The translations under genes and the position numbers were made by a program. DNA of 64,000 nucleotides from Paraspadella gotoi. Taxonomy: Eukaryota; Animalia; Chaetognatha. Within the stretch, counting starts at the first letter, position 1, and each line of letters begins with the position of its first letter. The stretch lies in contig CM119265.1 of the NCBI GenBank assembly GCA_051294375.1, positions 5,503,696 through 5,567,695 of the forward strand, written 5' to 3'. The notes beneath the pieces were generated by a model. The model made no database searches. It was not told where the DNA came from and saw only the letters and a program-made list of their open reading frames with translations. Positions 50,192-64,000 of the stretch are shown one piece after another.

Positions 50192-52976
50192 CCTATTTCC
50201 TTTGATCTTTCATCGCCATTGAATGACGGAATCGTATCTATCTTCTCCCCAGGCCTCCCTGGCCTCCCTGGCCAGAGTCTCACACCCCCTTCCCCTTTCT
50301 CCCTTCCCCCTTTCCTCGCGTACGAAAAGCTCGTTCGGTAATCGGCTTCACACTGAGAATCACGGATCACGTGATTCGTCGTCGGTAAAAAGCGAAGAGG
50401 CGCAGATGCCGGGAGACGCGACGGAAGTCAGATGAATTTTGAAATCTCCATTTTGGCCAACTCGATTTTCAGAAATTATTTTTTTAGTGAACGTTTGGTA
50501 TCAACAGATTCAGATAGGATTTTTTTTATGAATAGTGATACCGAGCTTTTTCTCATCATTTGCATTTTTTTAATATACTATTTCATATATCTTTTTTAAA
50601 ACGTTTGTTTTTCCCTGCCCCTAGGTTTTTCATGCACCCGTCATACAAAACAGCTTGAAATTGGTACAACCAATATATCATTCCATGATATCCTTTGAAA
50701 ATAGCATTTCAGCCTAAGAAGTAAATTTTGAACAAGAGAAAAGTATTTTGTCATCAGTTGCTAATTACAATTTCATTAACATTGTCTCTGTTTCTCTCGA
50801 ATTAACCGTATACACGATATTTTTTTGTCATTTTTACTGTTCATTATTTCGTTGTTTTGCTTCTAGTTTCGCCCCTCAACTCAAGATGCCATTAAGTAAA
50901 CCCCATCTGTGTTTGGATAATCCTCTTACCTCTTTCCTTCCGAATTTACTTTCCGCGTTTCTCTCTTTTCTTTTCCTTATCCTTTTTCTTTTCTCTCTGC
51001 CGCTCTGTTTCTCTTTTTCTTTCTTTCCCTTTTTCCTCTTTACTTTCCTTCATCTCAGTTCCTCGGTTCGCTAAGCGGGTTTTCCTTTTCGCAAGGTCAA
51101 AATCGGTGGAGACGAAGGAAGGTATTAACCTTATAGAGAGAGAAATATACGAAACAAAAAGGGAGCATAAGAAACAAATACAAAAAAAAAAATCAATTGA
51201 TTATTTACATAATTAATCGATTTATACGTAAATTATTCAAAACAAATGAAATTGGTCGGTTCCTACGCGCTAGATGGGAATGACTCTTGATTTCTAACGT
51301 ACAATTTAAAAAGAAAGAGAGAAAAAAATCGTAAAAAAAAAAGAAAACATTAAAGGAGAAAATGGGAGAACGGGGAGCAAAAACGAGCGAATAGAAAGAC
51401 AGTTAAACATGGAAAAAACGATAGAAGAGGGAAAAAAAATTCTTGAGCGAATCACAAAATTTGACGTGAGTTTCTTCGTCTTTTAAATTCTCCTCTCTCC
51501 TTCGGTCCCATAAAGAAAAAAATGGCCCAATTTCATTTCACTTTCACATTATTTTCTTTTTAAACTTGACTTTTTTTTAAATCAAAGCGAAGAGTAACAA
51601 CTAACGAGCCCTTATCGCTTAACCTACTCCTATTTTTTAGCCAAAATATTACGGGCGAATTTTTTTAAAAAAATTGAAAGACAATTGTCCCGACTATGAT
51701 GATGATGATGATGATAATGATGATGATAATTACGATCATGATCATGATGATGATCCCTCAACCTTTTTATAGCTATCTTTATTTGAGATACTGTTTTTCC
51801 GACGTTCCCAGAAACTTTAGGTTTAAACCCTCGCTCCAATCGAAGTAATTCTGGTTACACTCACAGAAACATCAACAGTAGCAACAACTTTGCTTTTCCG
51901 TCAGATTAGAAAAATCGATTTTTAAAAATCGCATTTTTTTTCCTCGTTGACGTCGTCGTCCATCTGCAAAAATCCTCACACCGGATATCGAGTATCCTTT
52001 TATTTTTTTTTTTTTTTATTGATACCTAAACTATACCTATAATCGGGCAATGGCCCCTGGATTAGGATAAAAAACGAATTCGGACATTCGATCTTAACTA
52101 CTTCATTACACTCTGATTTAACTAAATGGCTCTCACATACACGTCACAAAAACATCTAAGCGGCAATAGCACCTAAGCGCCCAAAGCTCAGGGACGCCCA
52201 AACCACATCAGCCAAATTTCGGTCGGACCCTTTCTCTGGGAAAAGTAAAAATGAAGCGCATTACGAATTAGTTCTCCCGAATTCCCCGACGCGCAATTTC
52301 TACAATGACGCAGCCATTTTCCTATTCCAAGTCTACTTTTTTGGGGGGGGAAACTAGTAGAGGAAAAATAATTTAGCAAATGTTTATTTTCACTTAAGCT
52401 TTTTTTATTTTTTTTATTTTGAAGATCCTTGCGCCTCGCAGGCAAAAAAGATCTTTCCCCATTTCGAAACGCTGAGGTACGACCTTCGAAAAAGACGATG
52501 GCCGAACGCTCGTCGCTTTCTCCCGCGTATCCAGGCAACGCGTTTTACGATCTTTAAGGCCGCGGGTCTCTTTCTGTTCGGCCAAGTGTCGACAGAACTA
52601 TTTGCGGAGCCGAGATGGAGGGAGCAGTGGGAGGGGGGGGGATCGCCATTTAGTGACTTTTTTGCAACTTTTTGTCAGAAGAACCGCGGTCTTAATTTAG
52701 AACCCAGTTCCCGTTTGATGGATAAACGATGGTGAACAACAGATGACGAGTCTTTCTTAATCTAATGCAAAGACAAAAAAAAATCACTTTCCTTATGTAA
52801 AGAAACATCCGTTTCGCAATAAACGACTGAAACAATTTTCAGCTTATTACTGATTATTTAATGAAGGACGAAAATCGATTTTTTTCATTTGCCACGTAGC
52901 CAATATTTTCCGCTTGGTTACATTTTTTTGTCTTTCCTTCTAATTGTTTTCCCACTCTTTCTTTCTTTTCTTCCTC

Positions 52977-52977
<1 letters not shown>

Positions 52978-53050
<73 letters not shown>
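52978..53050 (+). repeat. (CTTT)n microsatellite
   Basis: Read directly from the sequence. Confidence 0.95.
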
Positions 53051-53055
<5 letters not shown>

Positions 53056-53323
53056 ACTTTTTTCTTTCTCTTTTTCTTTGTTTGTTTCTTTCTTTTTTCT
53101 TTCTTTCTTTTCTTTATTTCTCTCTTTGTTTCTTTGTTTCTTTCTTTTTTTCTTTATTTTTTTCTTTGCTGTTTCTATATTATTTCCTTATAAAATTTTT
53201 TTACTAGTTTTCTAGCAGAATTATCATTTAATTTTTTTCAATCAAGTTTAAATGCTCATCCAAACTCCTGAAACCACTCACCATTACACACATTATACTT
53301 ACCCGTCAATTGAATCAACTTAC

Positions 53324-53356
53324 CCTCAGAAATGATTCGCCCACGCCACCATTCAT
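53324..53356 (-). CDS. Innexin putative first coding exon (MNGGVGESFLR)
   Basis: ATG in aacatcATG context, 11 codons, ending at a consensus donor AGG|GTAAGT in phase 0. Joining it to the next exon gives MNGGVGESFLR-FKDWVAQTVGIDDAVDRLN, a plausible innexin N-terminus. Supported only by splice signals and phase, not homology. Confidence 0.6.
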
Positions 53357-53416
53357 GATGTTCAGTCGCAATCAGGGTCGCGCAGATTCAGAGAAAAACC
53401 ATCGATCGATTCTCTT

Positions 53417-53420
<4 letters not shown>

Positions 53421-53492
<72 letters not shown>
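53421..53492 (+). repeat. (CT)n microsatellite just upstream of the putative innexin start codon; one of many (AG)n/(CT)n tracts
   Basis: Perfect dinucleotide run about 65 bp upstream (minus strand) of the ATG at 53356. Confidence 0.95.
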
Positions 53493-53498
<6 letters not shown>

Positions 53499-54047
53499 CC
53501 TCTTTTATTTTTTTAGTGTTTATTTTTATTTTCTTTTTTTTTGAAATCCGTTCGTTTAATCGCCGAACACGCAGCGTTCCATTATCGGCCTTTTTTTCTC
53601 TGCTTCTCCTTTTTGTTGTATTTTAATCTTGCTTTGCTTCTTTAAAAAAAAGCATGCGGAAAAAACTATGTTGCGTCGTTTTTTTCTTTGTTTTTTTTTT
53701 TGTGAATGAAATAAAAAAGTCTATTTGGGTGCTGCTTTTTTTTTTTGCTTCTTTTTCGTATTCTTTTGTTGTTGTTTTTAAGTATCCAACGCTCGAAAAA
53801 TAAAAAAAATTTCCGCTTCTTTAAATATCCTGAAAATACAAAAAGTTTTGAAATGTAAAATGGCGGAAACTGCAGCGCTAAAGTTTGGAACCGACAATGA
53901 GAGCGTGAAAGTGTAGAGGAGGGTGAATCTGTGTGTGTTCGTGTGTGCGTGCCTGCGTGAGTACGTCTGTGTGTGTGTTACTGAGAAAGATCAGAGAGAA
54001 AAAGAGGATAGAGAGAGAGAGAAAAAGAGATAGATAAATAGACAGAT

Positions 54048-54048
54048 G

Positions 54049-54123
<75 letters not shown>
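54048..54123 (+). repeat. (AGAT)n microsatellite
   Basis: Read directly from the sequence. Confidence 0.95.
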
Positions 54124-54266
54124 CATAAAGAGTTAGAAAAAAGGAAGCAGAGAAATAAAAGAGAAGTACGTTTGTGGGACGCGCGAAGTTTTTGAGGAGA
54201 GAAAAACTAAAAGGAGGAAAGACACACCCCACAAACCACCAACACACAAGAAAAGAAGCAAGAGAT

Positions 54267-56344
54267 CGTTTTTCTTTATTCCAGATAATTCAAGGAGAAA
54301 AAATCTCAGCTTTCAAATTTAATCGCCATTTGGGCGGCCCCGGTTCTCCGGGACTGGCCCGTCTTGGTCCCGTCCGTTATATTGCCCATTGAGTCTTGTC
54401 TTCGCAAGCCGCAAAGTCATCAATCTTGATGTTAGTCATCAAATTTTTTTTTTTTTTTAAATTGGAACTGACTGAAGAGATGAAATCTAGCGAGAGAGTC
54501 TTGAGACAAAATAAAGCTGGGAGTAACAATCGGCTTGCCTTTTCTTTCTTCTCCTCGGCATATTCTCTGTTTTATTCTTTACTTTTCCCCTTTTTTTTCT
54601 TCTTTTTTTTACTTTTCTGTTCTTGTGTTTTTTTCTTCTTTTGTTACTTCCCTTTATTTCATTCTTTTTTTTTTTCTTTTTTTTTTTCTGCTTTTGGATC
54701 TCTCCCTCTTTTTTCTTTTTCTGTATTTTAACTTGCTTTCTCTTTATTTTTTTTCTTTTCTTCAATTCTCCTACTCTTCCCTTTCGCCCTTTCTTTCTTC
54801 TCTTCTTTCTCTTCTCCCTCTTATTCCTCGGTCTTTTTTCCTTCTCTTCCTTTCATCCCTCCATTAAGCTTGCAGAAATGTCGACGGCCTTGACTAGAGT
54901 CTCCCGATTCTCTCAGAGTACAAACCGGACAAAAAAAATGAAGTCAGAAACTAAAAAATTGAAAAAAAAAAATAAAGAATTTTAACTGAAGATTTTTAAA
55001 ATCATAGGAAAAAGCTATTGAAGCAAGAAAGGCGCGGAGTGGAGATTGGGACGGACGGTCGGAGGAAGATCTTACGGTTAGGATAAAGGAAGGAAAAAGG
55101 GAAGTATGGGTATCTCTGGGGAAAGAAAGAAAGGAAGGGAAGGAAAGAAAGAAGGAGAATGAAAGAAAAGAAGGAGAGAAGGGAAAAAGAAGAAAGAAAA
55201 GATAAAGAAGGAAAGAAAGAAGCTATTTTTGGATAAAAGGAATAGAGCAACAAATATAAACGATGAACCTATAAGGAAGGAAGGAGGACAAAATGGAATA
55301 TGGGAACTAGTTAAAAAATCGGTATGAAAATATGAAATAATGAAAATTAACGAAGAACGAAATTGAAGGAAAAGAATTAAGGACGGAGAGAAAAAATAGA
55401 GTAGAAATGGAGGAAACTAAGGATGTAAGGAAAAAAGGAAAGGAGGTTAAAAGGAAAGTGTTAAAAACTGTGCAAAAGTAAAAGGAGAGATTATATGCAG
55501 GACAGAGACAGAGACGAGACGAGTCCGGGGTAACAGAAATAAACAGGGGTAGGATGAAGCTGTGAGGGAGAAATCTCGAAGGGGAAAAAAAAGAGAGGAG
55601 GAGGAGGAGTGAGGTAGGAGGAGGCAGGAGGAGGAGGAAGAGGCGAGCGAAAAGCAACCTCGACTCCGTATAGATGGAAGATGCTGGGCGAACGTTGGGG
55701 CGGAGATCGTAGGGAGAGAGATTCGAGTGGGTGGTCTTAACATGGTGAAGGAGGAAGCATTGAGCCGAAATGACTGAGTCTGTACATGTCTATAACTTTT
55801 TATACAATTAAAACATTATATAAAAAAATATTATCAATGCGCTGAGAATCTTTCTGTTAATCTATGTTAATATTTTGTAACGCAAAAGGAGCCCTTCCAG
55901 TTAGGTTATCTATCTAATGAATGATAATTTTTTTATGTGGTTGTTCCAATTTCATAGCTCAATTATCGAATCACCCCATTTGCTCGCGGAAAAAAAAAAG
56001 ATGGCCAAGTCGATCAGCAGTCTATTAGTAGAGGACGAATCACATTGAATGAGATCATGCTGCGCGGCGCTCCTTATCGAAGTCGAGCAAGTCGCGAGGG
56101 AAAGAGACAACTTTGACGAAGGGACGGGACACAAACGAGAGCGAAATTATATACTTAATGAAAAAAAAAAAAACCGAACGCAATCATAATCTTTTTTTTT
56201 TCCTCTGAGCAAATTCCATAAGAGTCAACAAGTCAATCGAAAAAAAAGGAGAGGCGGGAAGAAATATTATTCATCGTTTCTACAAAAATCTTTTCTCTTC
56301 CGCGCCCCGGAAATCGAGCGTGACTAATATTTAGAGAGCAAGTG
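54267..56344 (+). repeat. Left arm of a ~2-kb inverted duplication
   Basis: Reverse complement of 57171-59164, e.g. ggaaatcgagcgtgactaatatttagagagcaagtg vs cacttgctctctaatattagtcacgctcgatttcc. Confidence 0.92.
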
Positions 56345-56707
56345 AAGAGAGAGAAAGTGAGAGAGAGAGAGGGAGAGAGAAGAGAGAGAGAGAGAGAGGA
56401 GAGAGAGTAGAGAGAGAGAGAGAGAGAGAAGAGAGAGAGAAGAGAGAGAAGAGAGGCTTGTCGGTCAACATCTTGTGTTAAAATGTTCGTTAATGGCGTC
56501 GTATTGACACATTTCTACTCTGTCCCCCCTTTGCCAACTTAAGAAATGTTTCATCATTTGCAATGTTGCAATGTTTTATCAACGTCGTTGCGATCCAAAG
56601 TCGATCCTTCGCTCTTTCCATAGAAATCGATCTTCTTCAATATGCTTCGTCACTCCTCTCTCTCTTCTCTCTCCTCTCTCCCTCCTCTCTCCTCTCTCTC
56701 TCTCGTC

Positions 56708-56752
<45 letters not shown>

Positions 56753-56954
56753 CTCTCCTCTCTCACACACACTCTGCGTCCCTAGATATTCGACTTCCTC
56801 TTCCTCCTTTTTTTCTTCCTCCTCTCTTCCTCCTCCTCCTCTTCCTCCATCAGACTTCCTTCCTTCTTCTCTCTTTCCTCGNNNNNNNNNNNNNNNNNNN
56901 NNNNNNAGAGCGTGGAGAGAGAGAGGAGAGACGAGAGAGAAGAGCAGAGAGAGA

Positions 56955-56988
<34 letters not shown>

Positions 56989-57010
56989 AGAAAGGAGAGA
57001 GAGAGAGAGA

Positions 57011-57053
<43 letters not shown>

Positions 57054-57170
57054 TGTCGGTCCAACATCTTTGTTAAAATGTTCGTTAATGGCGTCGATGA
57101 CACATTTCTACCCTGTCCCCCCCTTTGCCCAACGTTAAGAAATGTATTCACTCATATTGTCAATCAACCT

Positions 57171-59164
57171 CACTTGCTCTCTAATATTAGTCACGCTCGA
57201 TTTCCGGTGGCGGAAGAAAAAGATTTTTGTAGAAACGATGAATAATATTTCTCCCCCTCTCCTTTTTTTTTCGATTGACTTGTGACTCTTATGAATTTGC
57301 TCAGAAAAAAAAAAGATATGATTTGCGTTCGGTTTTTTTTATTTCATTAATATATATTTCGCTCCGTTTGTGTCCCGTCCCTTCGTCAAAGTTTGTCTTC
57401 TTTCCCTCGCGACTTTCTCGACTTCGATCAAGGAGCGCCTGCGCAGCATGATCTCATTCAATGACTTCGTCTCCGTACAATAGCTGCTGATCGAACTTGG
57501 CCATCTTTTTTTTTCCGCGAGCAAATGGGGTAATTCGATAAATTGAGCTATGAAATTGGAACAACCAATAAAAAATTATCCATTCATTAGATAGATAAGC
57601 TAACTGGAAGGGCTCTTTTGCGTTACAAAATATTAACATAGATTAACAAAGAAAGATTCTCGCGCATGATAATATTTTTTTATTAAATGTTTTAATTGTA
57701 TAAAAAGTTATAGATGTACGACTCAGTCATTTCGGCCTCAATGCTTCCTCCTTCACCAAGTTAAGATCCACCCCTCGAATCTCTCTCCCTCGATCTCCGC
57801 CCCCAACGTCGCCCAGCATTTCCATCTATACGAGTCGAGGTTCGCTCCTCTTCCTCCTCCTCCTCCTCCTCCTCCTCCTCCTCTTTTCTTTTTTCCCCTT
57901 CGAGATTCTCCCTCACGCTTTCATCCTACCCCTGTTTATTCTTTACCCCGGACTCGTCTCGTCTCTGTCTCTGTCTGCATATAATCCTCTCCTTTTATTT
58001 TCACAGTTTAACACTTTCCTTTTAACCTCCTTTCCTTTTTTCCTGACATCCTTAGTTTCCTCCATTCTTACTCTATTTTTTCTCTCCGTCCTTAATTCTT
58101 TCCTTCATTTCGTTCTTCGTTATTTTCTTATTTCATATTTTCATACGATCATTTTACTAGTTCCCATATTCCATTTTATCCTCCTTCCTTCCTTAAGTTC
58201 ATCGTTTATATTTGTTGCTTCTTTCCTTTTATCCAAAACTAGCTTCTTTCCTTTCCTTCCTTTTATCTTTTCTTTCTTCTTTTCTCCCTTCTCTCCTTTC
58301 TTTTCTTCATTCTTCCTTCTTTCTTTCCTTCCTTCCTTCTTTCTTTCCCCAGAGACCCATACTTCCTTTTTTCCTTTCCTTTATCCTACGTAATATCTTC
58401 CTCCCGACCGTCCGTCCCAATCCCACTCCCGCCCTTTCTTTGCTCTCAATACTTTTTCTATGATTTTAAAATTCTTCAGTTAAAATTCTTTTTTTTTTCT
58501 TTTCATTTTTTAGTTTCTGACTTCATTTTTTTTGTCGGTTGTACTCTGAGAGAATCGGGAGACTCTAGTCAAGCCGTCGACATTTCTGCAGCTTAATGGA
58601 GGGATGAAAGGAAGAAAGGAAAAAAGACCGAAGGAATAAGAGGGAGAAAGAAAGAAAGAGAAAAAGAAAGGCGAAAGGATAGAAGTAAGGAGAATTGAAG
58701 AAAAGAAAAAAATAAAGAGAAAGAAGTTAAATACAGAAAAGAAAGAAAGAGGAAGAGGACCAAAAGAGAAAAAAAAAAAGAAAAAAAAAAGAATGAATAA
58801 AGGGAAGTAAAAAGAAGAAAAAACACAAGAACAGAAAGTAAAAAAAAGAAAGAAAAAAGGGGGGAAAAAGTAAAGAATAAAAGAGAGAATATGCCGAGGA
58901 GAAGAAAGAAGGCAGCCGTTGTTCTCCCAGCTGTTATTTGTCTCAAGACTCTCTCGCTAGATTTTCATTCTTCAGTCGTCAATTTTTAAAAAAAAAAAAA
59001 ATTTGATGACTAACATCAAATTGATGACTTTGCGGTTGCGAAGACAAGGACGTCAATGGCAATATAACGGAGGCACCAAGACGGGGAGTCGCGAGAACCG
59101 GCGGCCCAAATGGCGATTAAATTGAAAGCGAGATTTTCCCGTTGATCTGGAATAAAAGAAAACG
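57171..59164 (-). repeat. Right arm of the ~2-kb inverted duplication
   Basis: Inverted match to 54267-56344. The spacer holds a 25-N gap and a short direct repeat (about 56455-56560 vs 57051-57160). Confidence 0.92.
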
Positions 59165-60768
59165 AGGAAACTGAAGGAGGTTGAGAGTAGAAACCTTTGA
59201 TTTATTGGTTTTAACAAAGAGATATTGTGAGTGGAATCTCAGAGTTCGATCGAATAATTAGTTATTAATTTGAAGCAAATCAATCGAGCTATTCATAAAA
59301 GATCGAACAACTAACAAAACGTAAATATTAAACTATCTCGCGCAGATGAAGAAGTTTATCTTTCCTCTTGGGTCGAGAGATCGAATTCGCTTCTCCGTCG
59401 GATCTTAGTTTTTGGTCGCGCGTGACTTTTGCTTTAAAATTGTTGGCAGTTCGTTCGTTTGTTATAAAGTATGTGATTAAGTACTCCCATAACGAAGCTC
59501 TCGGGCGCACTGACAAACGGAGTAAAATCACAGTATCTCTTCATCACTAAAACAATTTAGCTATAAGATTATAATTAAAATGATAATAATATTATAATCA
59601 ATTAATCATAAGAAACCAACCATCGGTCATCCTCTCTCCCCGTCACCGTTTCGGTCCCCGTCAACCATCCCTTCCCCCTTTTAATTCTCCCTCATCGCCG
59701 TCTCCCCTTCTACGGTTAATCACCGAACAGAGATGAGCAGAGATCCGGGCATGAAAATCTCTTTTCTCGTGTCCGACATCGGGGAAACAAGAGAGCAACA
59801 AAAGAGATAAAAGGCGCTAAAAGCCTCCTTTCTCTCTCTCTCTCTCTCTCACTCTTCTCTCGTCTCAAACTCTCTGCTTTTCTTTGCTCTCGCCTCAGGA
59901 TTGTGCTTTCTCTCCTCTTTCTAAAAGACCACGCGCAAATGCACGGAGCACGTGGAGATAATGAATATGTATAAAAGCTTGGTGAGTCCATAGCTCGCTC
60001 GGTTGTGCAGAGGATTGCTCTCGTCTCATTTATTTACTTTCTTTCCTATCTTTCTTTCTTCTTTTCTTTCTTTCTTTCTCCAGTTCTTAAGCTTTCTTTA
60101 TTTCTTTCTATTCTTTCTTTCTTTCTTTCTCTCTTTCCATTTCTTTCTTTTCTTTCTTTCTTTCTCTCATTTCTTATACCTTTCCTTTCTTTCTTTCAAC
60201 TCTTCGTTCTCTCCTCTCTTCCTCTCGCCTCTCTCTCTCTCTTCTCTCTCTCTCATCTCTTCTCTCTTCTCTCTCTCTAAAATAAAAGCAAAGAAAACGA
60301 AGCAGAAACAAACAAAAGGCTAAACAAAAAATTAGCGCACCACAAAGGCAAACGAGTCGACGTTACACTAAAAAAAAAAAAAAAAAAAAACCGAGATCTT
60401 ATTCTCTCTCCCTCTTTGTGTACAAAAATATTTAAAAGAATTGAACCAAAACTGTGTATTAATAGTTTCTTTTATCAAACTTAACCAATAACTCTCTCTT
60501 ATATTTTGGTCAGGATAATTGTAGCCGTCAAATGAGTTACAAACGATTGCAAAGTTGTAAAATATGACAAATTGACCCCGACTCAATTTGTTCATCCTCG
60601 GCCAACGTTCTCCCTCTTCTTTTTTATCGCCATTTCTTCGCACAAACGACGTTTTCCATTTAGGACAAAATTTGTTTACGTTTAATCTCAGAAATTTTTT
60701 TCTCTTTTCTCCAGACTAAAAGAGCCGGAAAAGACAAGCGGCCCATCGTCTCATTAGGACGCCGTTCT

Positions 60769-60804
<36 letters not shown>

Positions 60805-62131
60805 CCACTCTGGCTTTCTTTAATTTTTTTTTTTAACTAAAACTTCAAACGCAGAAACATCGTCCGCTTAAATATTTTAAAAGACCAAATTTCTATTAAG
60901 AAACTTCATTTCATCTCATTTTTTTTTTCTGAAAAATTTTATTAATTCTTTCAGGTTGTAATTTAAGGCGAAGCAATGTGCGCGGAATTCCTCGTGAAAC
61001 GATTTGTAATCGAAACTCAGTCGAGGGGAAACGCGAGGTGGTTGAGGGTGGATTGATCGGTGGTTGGTTGAGGTGGGCAGGGTGTGGACTGTGGACGGAG
61101 GAATCTGACTGCGGGAGGAGCAGGAGGAAAGAACCGTAATAAACTGCGGAATTCTAAATATTCGGTCATGGGACAGAGAGAGGGTCAGATCATTTGGCAG
61201 GGGTGGTGATCAATGGTGATATGGGGAGAGGAAGGGAATAGCGACGACGACGACGACGATGATGGCGACGACGACGAAGACGGTTACAAGATTTCCGAGG
61301 GCGTACGAGCGAGGAATTGAAAGCCATAAAGATGGCGGGACGCGCGCGGGTTGCATTTTGAAAGAGAGTAAGGAAATATATTTTTCATAAAATATTTTTC
61401 GAGCTCGTCATAATATAGTTTACGATTTTACTACTAGTTGTACAAACATGACATTTTATTTTATGGCGCGTTATGCGAAGCTTACGTTTATTTTCTTGGG
61501 CCTTTTTTGAAAAAAAAAAAATTCTCGTCTCTTTGATTTTCCTTTTTCCTTTTCTTTTCCGCGCAAAATTGTTTTTTCTTCAAAATTTTTTTGCGAAAAA
61601 TTTCGAAGCGGAAAAAATATTTGAAATTCCTAACGGGAGCCTTTTCGGTCGGAGCTGAAAAAAAAATTGAAAAGACAAACGTTGAGCCGAAAGCCCGAAG
61701 ATTTCTGGAAATGGTATCTTTTGAAATCTTAGGAAAACTTTTGCTTTTTGAAATTTTTATTAAATTAAGTCCAAACGTAGTTCTTTAAGAAAGCTTGGGT
61801 AAACTAACTAACAAATTTAATATTTCTAGATCAATTTTAAGCAACTTATTTACATGCAATTAATACGGGTTTCAAATTTTATGCTTGGTACACCAACTAA
61901 TCTTCGGACTATTTATTCTAAGTAACCTTTTATATTTTTTGTTATACAATAGTTAGTGCCTACCTGTAGCGAACGGATTATTTCATTGAAGGAAGAAAAG
62001 AAAGATGAAAAAAAAAGGAAGTTGGTCAGGAACATGAAGAAGAAGACGACGACGATAACGACGACAAAGAAGACGATGACTAAAAAAAGGACAAGGAGAA
62101 ATCGATGACGCTAATGGCGACGCGGACGTCG

Positions 62132-62230
62132 GGCGCGTGACGAGCGGACGAAAGGCGCGTGACGAGCGGACGAAAGGCGCGCGACTGAAGCGATTGAAGG
62201 GCGCCCGGCTGACGGATGAAAAGGCGCCTG
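62132..62230 (+). repeat. GC-rich 22-bp minisatellite (ggcgcgtgacgagcggacgaaa), 2 exact plus about 2 degenerate units
   Basis: Read directly from the sequence. Confidence 0.75.
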
Positions 62231-62705
62231 AAAGGATGAGGAGCGCGCGATTGATGGACGAACGGCGTGAGTTTGGGAAAAGGAAACAACGAACGGTCAA
62301 AGTGAGATGCAGTCAGATTAGTTTTTTAGAAGTTTGTTTATTGAGATTGAGATCAACTGTTTCATCCAATTTTCTGATGACTTTTCCATCCTTTAATGAA
62401 GGACTTTTATTGAATAAATGATAACAGTGGTGTGTGAATTATACTCTAATATCACTGTTTTATGTATACCGTGCTGAATTGGTTTCGCTTATATAATAAA
62501 TTTCTCTCTTTTTATTATAATGTATTAAAATTATATTGCTTATGAACATCAGCGTAACAATTCGTTTCCGTCAGCCGCGTCCACACATTTTTGATTTTCA
62601 TTTCTCTTTCGGAATCTTTTTTGTCGGGGGGGGGGGATGGGGGGTGAAGAGGTTTAGGGGTGTTTTGGAAAATAAATCTGATTATATCTACTGGAGAGAG
62701 AGAGA

Positions 62706-62759
<54 letters not shown>

Positions 62760-64000
62760 GAGAAAGGAAGAGAGAGAGAGAGAGAGAAATTAAAAATAAT
62801 TTTTGCCAAAATTTAACGCCCGCGAAAAAAATTGGAAAAAAAAACAACTAAATTTTTATTCTATTCGTTTATTTGTTTTGGCGTACGGGAAAGGAAATTG
62901 ACAATTTTTATCGTTTATTTTGTTTGAAATGAATTGAGGAAGTCAAGCAAACTTGTTAAATTGAGGGGTTGATAATCTTTGTCATTCCTAACTATCATAT
63001 ATGTGTTTTAATCGTTAACATTCAATTGTTGAAACAGTAAATAATAACAATAAATGTAATGTTTTACAATCAAAGACGTTGTAAATACTTACCAAAGTAT
63101 AAATTGTAATGTTACACAATTCGAAAATCATAAATGATAAATTAACGAAACAGTGAGCAAAATAATTAACTACAGAAATTCCGAAAAAAATTTTAGAGTC
63201 ATTGTTTCTTATTTTTATTTTCTTTGAATTTCATCTGCCAAATTCATCACGATTTTTCCCGCCATCTTGCGAACCAAAGACGAACCATGATGACGTCTCT
63301 CGATTCGACCTCGTCATCAAAATAGAGATCGGTCGCCGCATCGGACCAGTTTCGAACTTTCACCGAATGACATCAAATCGGGGAAATGTGGGTTAAGTCA
63401 ACACGGTTGGTGAGAGAGAGGGATGAGAGATAGAGAGAAAGCAAGAGACGGAGAGAGAGAGAGAGTAGAGAGAAGAGAGAGAGAGAAAAATAGAATGATG
63501 AGAGAGAAGACGAGAAAGAAAGGTGAAGAGAGTCCAGAAGAGAGAGAGAGAGAGAGGAAGAAAGGGGCGAGGAAGAGGGAGTGGACGGCCCAAATGGAAA
63601 TAAGATATCCAGGCAGCAAAGAGCAAAAACAGGCGAAACGACGCCGAGGAAAAAAAAGACAGGAGATCGAGAAGAAAATAAGTCGGAGAGAAAAGAGATA
63701 AGGAAGAGGACAAGCCGGAAAAGATAAGAAGGAAGTTAGGAAATCGATTAGAAAATGATAGAAAGATGCAAATAGAAGAAAGAAGAAAGAAAGAAAGAAG
63801 AAAAGAAGACAAGAAAGGGAAAAAGAAAGAAAGAAAGAAAGAAAGAAAGACAGACAGAATATGGATAAGAATGAAAGAATCGAGCAGAAAATGAAGAAAA
63901 GAGGATGAGAGGCGGAGAAAAAAGGCGGGAAAAAGTCGAAGAAAAGAAATAAAATGAAGAGCGAGTGGGATTATTATTCCTTCGAACGAAGGAGGGAAGG

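Noticed and set aside
59960-60780. Plus-strand donor (G|GTGAGT near 59981) and acceptor (ttttctccag near 60714) as a divergent gene
   Set aside because: The joined frame is short and runs straight into a (CT)n tract; isolated splice-like motifs are expected by chance.

Overview
This is repeat-rich eukaryotic (invertebrate metazoan) genomic DNA from a draft assembly, with many (AG)n/(CT)n tracts and 12 N-gaps. Most ORFs in the supplied track are microsatellite artefacts. The main gene is a minus-strand innexin (gap-junction/pannexin superfamily). I rebuilt it from six GT-AG exons spanning 53356 to 5847, which encode the N-terminus, TM1, EL1, YYQW-TM2 and the start of the cytoplasmic loop; its TM3/EL2/TM4 half is not visible in the window. 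Directly downstream on the same strand is an unrecognised gene for a probable type II membrane protein (spliced signal-anchor at 3813-3159). Beyond it lies a 399-codon stop-free, Glu-rich frame with about 13 N-glycosylation sequons (1197-1). If the assembly is right, this gene sits inside an innexin intron. The ~36-kb innexin intron 4 contains a complete 734-bp TRIM-like LTR mini-retroelement (two LTRs, PBS-like site, 4-bp TSD) whose empty site is also present in the window, plus tRNA-derived SINE-like repeats. Several kb-scale direct and inverted duplications have one indel-riddled copy and are most likely unpolished long-read gap-fill or haplotype artefacts. No CRISPR array, rRNA or convincing tRNA gene was found.
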